This document shows positions 27,442 to 36,470 of a stretch of 64,000 nt of DNA, piece by piece. A model generated the notes under the pieces. It was not told where the DNA came from, searched no databases, and saw only the letters and a program-made list of their open reading frames with translations. The first letter of the stretch is position 1. The number at the start of each line of letters is the position of its first letter. Source of the DNA: Jatrophihabitans sp. (GTDB taxonomy: Bacteria > Actinomycetota > Actinomycetes > Mycobacteriales > Jatrophihabitantaceae); contig NZ_DASVQG010000144.1 of the NCBI RefSeq assembly GCF_036389215.1, forward strand, positions 4,300-68,299, written 5' to 3'. The translations under genes and the position numbers were made by a program.

Positions 27442-28175
27442 GGCGCTCTCAGCAGGCGGGTGTCCAGCGGCTGCTCGGTGACCGTGCCGTCGGGTGACCG
27501 GCTGACGTAGTAGGCGGTCTTGCCCTCCGTCTCGGTCACCGCCTCGACGAAGTCGCTGCCGCGGTAGAGCACGCCGGTGCCGTCTTCGGTGGCATATCCG
27601 GACGCCAGCGTGCCGTCGGCGATCAGCGAGTGGTACACCGGCCGGCGCTGCTCCTCGGAGTCGTAGTGCACGCCGTTGGAGAACGGAACCAGCGCAAGCC
27701 CATTGGTCACCGGGCGCAGCCGGGACCCGAACGAGTCGGTGGTGCCCCCGCTGTGCCAGCAGATCGACCCGGCCGAGACGCCGGTCAGCACCACGCCGGC
27801 CTGCCAGGCCTCGCGCATCGCCAGGTCGATCCCGTGCAGCCGCCACATCGCCAGCAACCCGGCCACGCTGCCGCCGAACACCCAGATCACGTCCTGGCTC
27901 AGCAGCAGTTCCCGGGGGTCCTCGACGTTGGGCATCGGGAACAGCGCCAGGTGGCTGGGGGAGAAGCCGCGCTGCACGGCGGCGTCATAGAAGCACGTGA
28001 CCTGCTCGGAGTTGTCCCCCATCGCGGTGGCCAGGAAGCACACCCTGGGCGCCCGCCCGGTGACCCCGGCCAGTTCGACGGCGTAGTCGGTGAGCGGGCC
28101 GACCTCCCAGCGCAGCCGGGGCGATGGCACCAGGCCGCCGGAGGTGGCGAGGATGGTCGGAACGGCAGCCGTCAT
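27438..28175 (-). CDS. Peptidase E (S51 family)
   Basis: DVIWVFGGS, GVSAGSICW nucleophile motif, NGVHYDSE. Confidence 0.9.
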   Translation of the reverse strand: MTAAVPTILATSGGLVPSPRLRWEVGPLTDYAVELAGVTGRAPRVCFLATAMGDNSEQVTCFYDAAVQRGFSPSHLALFPMPNVEDPRELLLSQDVIWVFGGSVAGLLAMWRLHGIDLAMREAWQAGVVLTGVSAGSICWHSGGTTDSFGSRLRPVTNGLALVPFSNGVHYDSEEQRRPVYHSLIADGTLASGYATEDGTGVLYRGSDFVEAVTETEGKTAYYVSRSPDGTVTEQPLDTRLLRAP

Positions 28176-28228
28176 GGCCGCAATCTAATCGACCGGCCGG
28201 CCTTGATCGATAGGCGCATCATGGCGTT

Positions 28229-28603
28229 ATGGACATCCTGAGCAGCCGGTTGCTGCTGCACCCCCGTGACCTGGCGGCCAGCCAGCGGTTCTACCGCGAC
28301 ATCCTGGGACTGGCGGTGTACCGGGAGTTCGCTGCCGGGTTGGTGTTCTTCCTGGGCAACGGGTTGCTGGAAGTGTCCGGCCACGGGTCCGAGGGATCAC
28401 CGGGCGGCCTGGAGCTGTGGCTGCAGGTCCGCGACGTCGGGGCCGAGCACACCCGGTTGGCGGCGCTCGGGGTGCCGGTGCTGCGCGCCCCTCAACTGGA
28501 GCCCTGGGGGTTGATCGAGATGTGGATCGCGGACCCCGACGGCGTCCGGATCGTGCTGGTGCAGGTGCCGCCGGACCACCCGCTGCGAAGGGACCAGCGC
28601 TGA
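28229..28603 (+). CDS. VOC/glyoxalase family protein
   Basis: DLAASQRFYRDILG, EPWGLIEMWIADPDG. Confidence 0.88.
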   Translation: MDILSSRLLLHPRDLAASQRFYRDILGLAVYREFAAGLVFFLGNGLLEVSGHGSEGSPGGLELWLQVRDVGAEHTRLAALGVPVLRAPQLEPWGLIEMWIADPDGVRIVLVQVPPDHPLRRDQR

Positions 28604-28608
28604 CCACC

Positions 28609-29169
28609 ATGCCGACACCGGATCCGGACTGGCCCAGCTGGGCGAGCGAACCTGTCGAGCTGGTGGCACCCGACCCGACCTGGCTGGCGCGTGGGCGCCG
28701 GGCCGGGCAGTCGCTGGACGAGGCGCTGGGCGCACTGCTGGTATGCCCCGTGGAGCACGTCGGCTCCACCGCGATCCCGGGACTGCCGGCCAAGCCGATC
28801 CTGGACCTGCTGGCCGAGGTGAGCGACCTGGCCGTCGCCGAGCAGGTCGCCGGCCTGCTGGCGCCCCAGGGCTGGCACTACGTGCCGCCGGAGTTGGACG
28901 GCCGGCCCTACGAGCGGTTCTTCGTCCAGGTCCTCGACGGCCACCGGGTCGCTCACCTGCATCTGCTGCGGGCCGGTTCGCCGCAGCGGACAGACCTGGT
29001 GCGCTTCCGCGATCTGCTGCGCGGCAACCGGCACCTGGCCGCCGACTATGCGGCGCTCAAGGCAGGGCTCGCCGCCGCGCATCGCGATGACCGGGAGCGC
29101 TACAGCGCGGCCAAGCACGGCTTCGTCACCGACGTCCTGCGCGGGCAGCATTCGCGCGGCGCCGGCTGA
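28609..29169 (+). CDS. GrpB family protein
   Basis: Likely start ATG 28609; EHVGSTAIPGLPAKPILD, FRDLLR, YAALK, YSAAK. Confidence 0.9.
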   Translation: MPTPDPDWPSWASEPVELVAPDPTWLARGRRAGQSLDEALGALLVCPVEHVGSTAIPGLPAKPILDLLAEVSDLAVAEQVAGLLAPQGWHYVPPELDGRPYERFFVQVLDGHRVAHLHLLRAGSPQRTDLVRFRDLLRGNRHLAADYAALKAGLAAAHRDDRERYSAAKHGFVTDVLRGQHSRGAG

Positions 29170-29191
29170 TCAGCGGCTGATCAGCGGCTGG

Positions 29192-30103
29192 TCACCCCGG
29201 CACGACGGCTCGCATCCGGGCCGCGGCGATCGCCACGATCGCCTGGCTGGCCGGTGACAGGGTGGCGCCCTGGCGATGCACGATCGCGAACTCGTCGTAG
29301 ATCCGCGGCCGCAGCGGTGCCCACCGCAGCTGGGGTGAGAGCCGGTCGCCCAGCAGGTGCAGCAGGCCCCGGGCGGTGACCGTGTCGGCGAGGCCGAGCG
29401 CCGCCACCTCCAGAGCGGTCTCGATGTCCTCCACCTCGATCCGTGGCCTGAGCGTCGAGCCGGTCGACTGAACCGCCCGGGCCAGCTGCCGCCGGGTGGA
29501 GTCCTCGTTGCCCCAGCTGGCCTCTGACAGCACCAGTGTTGCCGCCGCGAGCTCAGCCGCCGTCACCGGCTTGCGGACCCGCAGCGGATCAGCGCTGACA
29601 TAGACGACCTCGTCACGGATCAGCGGCTGGACCTGCAGCCCTTCATCAGCGATCGGCAAGGCGATCATGGCCGCCTCCAGCCTGCCGTGCCGCAGGTCCC
29701 GCAGCACGTCCATCGAGTTCTGGCCGATCAGTTCCAGCCGCACCCGGGGATGCGCGCGCAGCACATCGGCCACCAGCGCGCTGCCCAGGTACAGCCGGGC
29801 GGTTCCGAACACCCCGAACCGGATGGTCCCCTCCAGGACCTCGCGCACCGAGGCGACCGCCCGGCTGGCTTCGGCGACCGCGGTCAGTGCCCGCTCGGCG
29901 TGCGGCCGCAGCACCCGGGCCGCCTCGGTCGGCAGCAGCCCACGGCCGACCCGGTCGAACAGCGGCGCGTTGAGCCCCTGTTCCAGCAGCCGGACCTGCT
30001 CGGAGATCGACGGTTGCGCAAGGCCCAGCTCGGCTGCCGCCGCGGTGAACGAGCCATGCTCCAAGGTCGCCAGGAAGCACCGCAACTGGTGAAGTGATAT
30101 CAA
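29192..30103 (-). CDS. LysR-family transcriptional regulator
   Basis: LHQLRCF...GSFTAAAAELGLAQPSISEQVRLLE. Confidence 0.95.
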   Translation of the reverse strand: MISLHQLRCFLATLEHGSFTAAAAELGLAQPSISEQVRLLEQGLNAPLFDRVGRGLLPTEAARVLRPHAERALTAVAEASRAVASVREVLEGTIRFGVFGTARLYLGSALVADVLRAHPRVRLELIGQNSMDVLRDLRHGRLEAAMIALPIADEGLQVQPLIRDEVVYVSADPLRVRKPVTAAELAAATLVLSEASWGNEDSTRRQLARAVQSTGSTLRPRIEVEDIETALEVAALGLADTVTARGLLHLLGDRLSPQLRWAPLRPRIYDEFAIVHRQGATLSPASQAIVAIAAARMRAVVPG

Positions 30104-30145
30104 GGAAATGCCTTTGAGAAGGAAAGGAAGCCAAGGCTACCTCGA

Positions 30146-31120
30146 TTGGTGGCTCGCTCGTACGGTAAGCCGGTGAGCCAGACCGCCCTTGCCGCTTCGG
30201 TGCCGGCGCCGACCGTCCAGCCGGCGACCGGCCGGCCGGCGTCCGTTCGCGGAGTCGGGCTGTGCCTGCTCTCGGCGGTGGCCTTCGGCCTGGCCGCGTT
30301 GTTCGGCAAGCAGTGCTTCGCCGCCGGGTTCAGCGTCAGCTCGATGCTGGCCGCGCGGTTCGGCATCGCGGCGCTGGTGTTCTGGCTGATCGTGGGGATC
30401 CGCCGGCCGGCGCTGCCCGGGCCGCGGCTGCTGCTGAGCTGTCTGGCCCTGGGCGGGGTCGGCTACGCCGTGCAGGCCGCCTGCTATTTCAGTGCCCTCA
30501 CCAGGATCGATGCCTCACTGGTCGGGCAGATCCTCTACGTGTACCCGGCGATGGTCATGGTGCTGGGGTTGGCGTTGCGACGCGAGACTGCCAGCCGGCG
30601 GAAGTTCGCCGCCCTCGGCTGTTCGATCGCGGGCCTGGGCCTGCTGCTCGGCTACGCCGGTTCCAACGGCCCGGTGGCTCCGGCCGGGGCGCTGCTGGCC
30701 TTCTGCTCCGCCATCGCCTACGCCCTCTACATCACCGCGGCCAACGGGCTGCCCGAGGACTTCGACGTGTACCTGCTCTCGGCGCTGGTGTGCAGCAGCG
30801 CGGCGGTCAGCGTGGCCGCGTTCGGGCTGACCACCGGCTCGCTGCGGCTACCGGCGCAGCCGACCGGGTGGCTGTGGCTGCTGCCGATAGCGCTGGTGTC
30901 CAGCGTGATCTCGATCGGCTGCTTCCTCGCAGGGCTCCGGCTGGTCGGCGCCTCGACAGCCGCGATCCTGTCCTGCCTGGAGCCGGTGGTCACCGCGGCC
31001 TCGGCGATCGTGGTGTTCGGTGACCGGTTCAATGCCGGGCAGGTGGCCGGGGCGGCGGTCGTGCTGGCGGCGGTGATACTGCTGCGCCCGGCCGCCGGCA
31101 CGCGCCCGGTCAGTAGCTGA
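30146..31120 (+). CDS. DMT/EamA-family transporter
   Basis: About 10 TM segments, ILYVYP, LEPVVT; divergent from the LysR gene. Confidence 0.88.
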   Translation: MVARSYGKPVSQTALAASVPAPTVQPATGRPASVRGVGLCLLSAVAFGLAALFGKQCFAAGFSVSSMLAARFGIAALVFWLIVGIRRPALPGPRLLLSCLALGGVGYAVQAACYFSALTRIDASLVGQILYVYPAMVMVLGLALRRETASRRKFAALGCSIAGLGLLLGYAGSNGPVAPAGALLAFCSAIAYALYITAANGLPEDFDVYLLSALVCSSAAVSVAAFGLTTGSLRLPAQPTGWLWLLPIALVSSVISIGCFLAGLRLVGASTAAILSCLEPVVTAASAIVVFGDRFNAGQVAGAAVVLAAVILLRPAAGTRPVSS

Positions 31121-31168
31121 CTCCCAGCTGGTAGGTGGTAGCCGTCGAGGAGTAGCGGTTTCACGCGG

Positions 31169-34100
31169 ATGTCGACGCCACGGCCCGCTAGCCTGACGCC
31201 CATGAACGGCGGCTGGTTGGGTTTGCGCTCGCTGCGCCACCGGGCCGGCCAGTCCGTCCTGGTCGCCCTGCTCTCGATGACCGCCATCGCCGCCTGCGCC
31301 GCGGGGCCGATGTACGAGCGGGCCGTCGAGCAGGCCGCGATCCGCTCCCAGCTCAGCCACACCGGCACCGCCGAACGGGGCGTCACGATCACCGCTGGCT
31401 CGGCCGGTGAAGTCCGGTCCTATCTGCCGGTCGGAGCGGAGCAGGCGCTGTTCACGACGCCGGTGATGGGTTTCCAGACCGCCGTCTCGGTAACGGCGGC
31501 GCATTCGAGCTTCGACGCGATCGCCGCCGGCCGCGATGACCTGTGCGGCAGGCTGCGGATCACCGCCGGCCGGTGCCCGGCAACCGGGTTGGAAGTTCTG
31601 GTCAGCAGCTCCAGCAGCCGGGCGCTGAACGTCGGCGTCGGCGACCGGCTGCAGCTGATCGGCCGGGGTGGCTCCGCGGCCTATGAGATCGGAACCGCCC
31701 GGGTGTCCGGGCTCTACGAGCCCTTCGACCCGGCCACCGACTACTGGTTCGACCGGGCCTACTCGACGGCAGCCGGGGTGGTGCGCGAGCCGCGCGGAGA
31801 CATACCGGATCTGCTGCACTCCGATGCCCTGCTGCTGACACCGGCCGGCATCTCGGCGTTCGAGGCGGCGCGCCGCTCGGCGACGGCCGGCAGCAGCACG
31901 CCGTTCAGCTACTTCGCCGACCTTCCGGTGCCGGCGGGCCGGATCGGCATTGACACCAGCCGGCGGCTGCTGCAGGCGATCGACGCGATCACCGCCAGGA
32001 TCGATGCCGCGCATCCGGCCGGCGATCCCAACCGCGGCAGCGTGCGGTCAAGGCTCGTGCCGTTGCTGGAACAGGCCGATGCTGGCCGGCGCCAGAGCCG
32101 GGCGATCATCCCCACGCTGGCGGTTCAACTGGCGCTGGTGGTGCTGGTGGTGCTCGGACTGGTGGTGGCGGTCGGCGTCGACCAGCGCCGTCCCGAGCTG
32201 GCACTGGCCCGATTGCGCGGCCAGAGCAAGCGGGACGCGGCCGGCCCTTACCTCGGCGAGATCGCGGTGCTGGTCACGGGCACCCTGGTTCCAGGGCTCG
32301 GGCTGGCCTGGTTGGGGTGCTGGCTGCTCTGCCGGTGGTGGCTGCCCGCGGGTGTCACGCCCGAGTGGCGCTGGCCGGTGCTGCTCGGCGGAGTCGCGGT
32401 GGCCCTGGTGGAGGTGGCGCTGGCGGTGCTGCTGGCCCGCCGGGCGACCGCCCAACCGATCGCGCAGCTACTGCGGACGGTCGCACCGACAGCGACCGGC
32501 CGCGGTGCCGGCGCGGCCGAGCTGGCTCTGGCGGTGGCCGCCGTAGCCGGTGTGACGGTGGCCCTGACCGGTGATCGCAACAGCGCGATCTCACTCCTCA
32601 CACCCGGCTTGATCGCGATCCTGGCGGGACTGCTGCTCGGCAGGCTGGCACTGTGGGGGGCCCGGATAGCCGGGCACCGAGCCCTCTGGCAGGGCCGGCT
32701 GGCGGTTGCCGTGGCCGGCCTGCAGGCGGCCCGCCGGCCAAGCTTTCGCCGGGTGCTCACCCTGGTGTGCGTGGCGGTCGCGCTGCTGGTGTCCAGCGTC
32801 GACCAGTGGCAGGTCTCGGCGGTCAACCGGACGGCCCGGGCCGGCGCCGAGGTCGGCGCGGCGGTGGTCCTGGACGTCCGGGCGCCGACGGCGGCCAAGC
32901 TCCGGTCGGTGGTCGCCGACGCCGATCCGGCCGGTGACTACGCGATGGCGGTCATCACGCAGCGCCCGGACGGTGACTCCAGCCCGGTGCTGGCGGTGGG
33001 CCGCCGGCGGCTGAACGTGATCGCCGACTGGGGCTTTGCGCGCGATATCCCGTCGCAGGCGCTGCTGGACCGGCTGGTGCCCGCGAACCGGCCGGCTCCC
33101 ATCGTGTTCACCGGCCGCCAGCTACGGCTGCGATTGGGCTCCGCCCAGGTGGTCAGCGACGACCCGACCTCACCCGAGTCGCCCCAGCCGGTCTCGCTCC
33201 GGCTGCGCCTGCGGCGCCCGGACGGCTCGCTGACCACCACCCGGCTGCCGGTCCGCGCCGGCACGGTCCCCGGCACCGCGCTCGGCGGCTGCGAGCAGGG
33301 TTGCACGCTCAGTCAGATCGAGCTGGTCCGGACGGTGGGCGACTTCCTCGCCGTCAAGGTGGCCATCCAGCTGCTTGGCCTGGATGTCAGCTCGAGCGCA
33401 GCAGGCAGCTGGCGGCCGGTGCCGCTCGGTGGCGCCCAGGACTGGCGCAATGCCGAGGAGGCGGCGGCTGCGGCCGGCACCGCGGCCACCACCTCGTTCA
33501 CCGCCGGGCCGGCCGGCGGCCTGGTCCTGCACGCGGTCAGCCATGGGTCCGAGGCGACACTGCAGCACCTGGACGTCCCGGTGAACCTGCCCTGCCTGCT
33601 CGCCGGTCCCGGCGCCGGGACCAGCGGTGACAGCGATGATGGCGCTGCCGCGGTCCTGACCCACGGCATCGACGGAGAGTCGGCCAGTTGCCAGCCGGTC
33701 GGGTCGCTGGCCTTCCTGCCCCGGGTCGGCACCGGTGCGCTGCTGGTGGACCTCGACCTGGCGATCGCTGCCAGCCAGTCCGAGCTCACCAACAGCACCG
33801 CCAGCATCTGGCTGCGCACGGTCGACCCGGCCCGCGAGCGCCGGCTGACCGAGGCCCTGACCGCTGCCGGTATACCGGTGAGCGCGCGGTCGACGGCCGC
33901 CGAGCGGCGATCGGTCTATGACCAGTCCCCGCCGGCCTGGTCGATCCGGGCGGCGCTGGCCGCCGGGCTGGTCGCGGTCCTGCTGGCGGCCCTGATGATC
34001 GTCATCGTCGCCATGACCTCGCGGCGCTCACGCGGCTATGACCTCGCGGCGTTGCGGCTGCTCGGCTTGCCGCTACGCCTGCTGCGCCGCGCGGTGCTGA

Positions 34101-34357
34101 TCGAGCAGCTGCTCGGCGTGCTGGCCGGCGTGCTGGCCGGCGCCGCGGTGGGGGTGGCCGGCGCCCGGCTGGCACTGCCCGCGCTGGCCCTGTTCGTCAG
34201 CCCGTCGACGGTGCCGCTGCCCAGTTACCGCACCGCGTGGCCGGCCGTCCTGCTGGTGGCCTGCGGCGCGCTGGCATTGCTGTGTTGCGCCGCGGTGCTG
34301 GCAACGGTCCTGGTGCTTCGCGCCGTCTCGCCGGCCGTCCTGCGGGAGGGGCAGTGA
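31169..34357 (+). CDS. FtsX-like ABC transporter permease
   Basis: Two FtsX-like TM blocks (RRPELALARLRG; RRSRGYDLAALRLLG) separated by large extracytoplasmic domains. Confidence 0.85.
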   Translation: MSTPRPASLTPMNGGWLGLRSLRHRAGQSVLVALLSMTAIAACAAGPMYERAVEQAAIRSQLSHTGTAERGVTITAGSAGEVRSYLPVGAEQALFTTPVMGFQTAVSVTAAHSSFDAIAAGRDDLCGRLRITAGRCPATGLEVLVSSSSSRALNVGVGDRLQLIGRGGSAAYEIGTARVSGLYEPFDPATDYWFDRAYSTAAGVVREPRGDIPDLLHSDALLLTPAGISAFEAARRSATAGSSTPFSYFADLPVPAGRIGIDTSRRLLQAIDAITARIDAAHPAGDPNRGSVRSRLVPLLEQADAGRRQSRAIIPTLAVQLALVVLVVLGLVVAVGVDQRRPELALARLRGQSKRDAAGPYLGEIAVLVTGTLVPGLGLAWLGCWLLCRWWLPAGVTPEWRWPVLLGGVAVALVEVALAVLLARRATAQPIAQLLRTVAPTATGRGAGAAELALAVAAVAGVTVALTGDRNSAISLLTPGLIAILAGLLLGRLALWGARIAGHRALWQGRLAVAVAGLQAARRPSFRRVLTLVCVAVALLVSSVDQWQVSAVNRTARAGAEVGAAVVLDVRAPTAAKLRSVVADADPAGDYAMAVITQRPDGDSSPVLAVGRRRLNVIADWGFARDIPSQALLDRLVPANRPAPIVFTGRQLRLRLGSAQVVSDDPTSPESPQPVSLRLRLRRPDGSLTTTRLPVRAGTVPGTALGGCEQGCTLSQIELVRTVGDFLAVKVAIQLLGLDVSSSAAGSWRPVPLGGAQDWRNAEEAAAAAGTAATTSFTAGPAGGLVLHAVSHGSEATLQHLDVPVNLPCLLAGPGAGTSGDSDDGAAAVLTHGIDGESASCQPVGSLAFLPRVGTGALLVDLDLAIAASQSELTNSTASIWLRTVDPARERRLTEALTAAGIPVSARSTAAERRSVYDQSPPAWSIRAALAAGLVAVLLAALMIVIVAMTSRRSRGYDLAALRLLGLPLRLLRRAVLIEQLLGVLAGVLAGAAVGVAGARLALPALALFVSPSTVPLPSYRTAWPAVLLVACGALALLCCAAVLATVLVLRAVSPAVLREGQ

Positions 34358-35289
34358 TGGCCGGGGTGAGAAGGGGGCTGTCGGTCTCCGCGCACGGCCT
34401 GGTGCACATCTACCGGCTGGAAGGCAACGACGTGGTGGCGCTGACCAGCGTCGACCTGGAGGTGCCGGCGGGCCAGCTGGTCGGGCTGCTCGGGCCGTCC
34501 GGCTCGGGCAAGTCCACCCTCATCACGCTGCTGGCCGGAGTGCAGCGGCCCAGCGCCGGCCGGCTGCGGGTGGGCGAGCACGACCTGGCCGTGATGGAGG
34601 ATGCCGACCTCGACCGGCTGCGCGCGATCGAGGTGGGGGCGGTGCTGCAGGGCGCGGTGCGCAACCTGCTGAGCTACGCCTCGCCCGCGCAGAACGTTGC
34701 CTTCGCCCAGAAGGCTGCCCGCCGGCTGGGCGCCTGGGAGCTGCCCAGGCCCACCGAGGTGCTGGACCTGCTGTCGCTGGCCGACTGCGCCCACCACCGG
34801 TTGGTGGAACTGACCCCGGGCCAGCTGCAGCGACTGGCGGTCGCGGTCGGAATGGCGACCTTGCCGGGGCTGCTGCTGACCGACGAGCCGACCAGCCAGC
34901 TCGATCATCGCTACCGCGACGAGGTGCTGCAGGCCATCGGCTCGGTGAACCGGTCGGTCGGCACCACGGTGATCACGGTGACCCATGATCCCGAGGTGGC
35001 CGCCCGGATGCCGCGCACCATCACCATCCGGGACGGCCGGATCGGGGCCGAGGGGCACGGCGGTGAGGACTTCGCGGTCCTCGGCCGGGACGGGTCGCTG
35101 CAACTGCCGCCCGACGTCCGGGAACAGATCCCCCCGGGAACCCTGCTGCGGGTGCAGCTCAATCCGGACGGCACGGTGCTGCTGGACCCCCGTCCCGGCC
35201 GGGATCCCCGTCCCGGCCGGGATCCCCGTCCAGACCGGGACCCCCGTCCAGGCCGGCCCGCCGGTGGCCTGCCAGGTGCCGCGCCATGA
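34357..35289 (+). CDS. ABC transporter ATP-binding protein
   Basis: Start ATG 34357 overlaps the permease stop; GPSGSGKST, TDEPTSQLD, VTHD. Confidence 0.9.
   Translation: MAGVRRGLSVSAHGLVHIYRLEGNDVVALTSVDLEVPAGQLVGLLGPSGSGKSTLITLLAGVQRPSAGRLRVGEHDLAVMEDADLDRLRAIEVGAVLQGAVRNLLSYASPAQNVAFAQKAARRLGAWELPRPTEVLDLLSLADCAHHRLVELTPGQLQRLAVAVGMATLPGLLLTDEPTSQLDHRYRDEVLQAIGSVNRSVGTTVITVTHDPEVAARMPRTITIRDGRIGAEGHGGEDFAVLGRDGSLQLPPDVREQIPPGTLLRVQLNPDGTVLLDPRPGRDPRPGRDPRPDRDPRPGRPAGGLPGAAP
35185..35256 (+). repeat. 18-bp in-frame tandem repeat x4 (DPRPGR)
   Basis: GACCCCCGTCCCGGCCGG-type units, read directly. Confidence 0.9.
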
Positions 35290-36005
35290 CCGCCGCGACC
35301 GGCGGCGCGACGGGCGGCGCGATGGACGGCGTCCTGCGCGCCACCGGCATCGAGGTCCGCTATGGGATGGTGGTCGCCGTCCGGCCGGCCGATCTCGTGC
35401 TCGGCCCGGGGCAGCTGGTCGCCGTCACCGGCCCGTCCGGGGCGGGCAAGAGCTCGCTGCTGGCTGCCCTCGCCGGGCTGACCCCGCCGTCCGCCGGCAC
35501 GCTGAGCGTGGCCGGTCAGCCGATCACCGGCCGCGATCAGGCCGTCGCGGCCGGAATCGTGGTGATACCGCAGGGCAATGCACTCCTGCGGATCCTGACC
35601 GCGATCGAGAACGTGGCGGTGCCGCTGGTCGCGGCGAGGCTTCCCGACGCCCGGGACCGGGCTGAGGCGGCGCTGCTGGCACTGGGCCTGGACGAGGCCG
35701 CCGACCAGTTGCTGGAGGAGCTGTCCGGAGGGCAGCAGCAGCGGGTCGCGGTCGCCCGCGGGCTGGCCGAGCGGGGTTCCTACCTGCTCGCCGACGAGCC
35801 GACCAGCGAACTCGACGCGGGAAATCGAAGCCGGGTGATGGCGTTGTTGCGGGGCGAGGCGCGACGCGGAGCCGGGGTGCTGGTGGCCACCCACGATCCG
35901 GAGGCGGCCGCGATGTGTGACGCCGAGCTCCGGCTGGACGAGGGCCGTTCCACCTGGGTGCGCGAGGACCGCCCGAATCCGGCCGCAACCGAGCACGGCG
36001 GCTAA
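35286..36005 (+). CDS. ABC transporter ATP-binding protein
   Basis: GPSGAGKSS, LSGGQQQR, ADEPTSELD. Confidence 0.92.
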   Translation: MTAATGGATGGAMDGVLRATGIEVRYGMVVAVRPADLVLGPGQLVAVTGPSGAGKSSLLAALAGLTPPSAGTLSVAGQPITGRDQAVAAGIVVIPQGNALLRILTAIENVAVPLVAARLPDARDRAEAALLALGLDEAADQLLEELSGGQQQRVAVARGLAERGSYLLADEPTSELDAGNRSRVMALLRGEARRGAGVLVATHDPEAAAMCDAELRLDEGRSTWVREDRPNPAATEHGG

Positions 36006-36040
36006 CCTCCACTACGCCCGACCGGTGCCAAACTTGCGGT

Positions 36041-36433
36041 GTGAGCGAGAGCCGGAACGTGCTGGGTACCGAACTCGAGGAGTGCGGAACCGATCCAGTC
36101 ACCGGTTTCTACCGGGACGGCTTCTGCACCTCCGGTCCGGAGGACGTCGGCAGCCACACCGTCTGCGTGGTGCTGACCGTGGAGTTCCTGCAACACCAGC
36201 GCCAGATCGGCAACGACCTGATGACGCCCCGGCCGGAATACCACTTCGCGGGCCTGGGCCCGGGCGAGCGCTGGTGCGTGGTGGCAATGCGGTGGCTGCA
36301 GTCCTACCGGGCGGGGGTTGCGGCGCCGGTGGTGCTGGCGGCGACCAATGCCCTGGCGCTGGAGATCATCCCGCTGGAGCTGCTGCGCGAGCACGCGATC
36401 GACGTGCCGGCGGACCCCCGCTCACTGACCTGA
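36041..36433 (+). CDS. DUF2237 family protein
   Basis: NVLG..LE.C..DPVTGFYRDG.C, HTVC, GNDL.TPRPE, RWCVVAMRW. Confidence 0.9.
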   Translation: MSESRNVLGTELEECGTDPVTGFYRDGFCTSGPEDVGSHTVCVVLTVEFLQHQRQIGNDLMTPRPEYHFAGLGPGERWCVVAMRWLQSYRAGVAAPVVLAATNALALEIIPLELLREHAIDVPADPRSLT

Positions 36434-36470
36434 TCTTCTGCTGCGTCCCGCTCCACTAGATTGGACGCTG

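Noticed and set aside
27442-27846. N-terminal extension of the helicase given by the ORF track
   Set aside because: It overlaps peptidase E in another frame; the ATGA-coupled start at 27441 is more plausible. The same reasoning was applied to the PPDK-like, Dcd-B, PAP2, DAGK, MauD-like and MauF-like starts.
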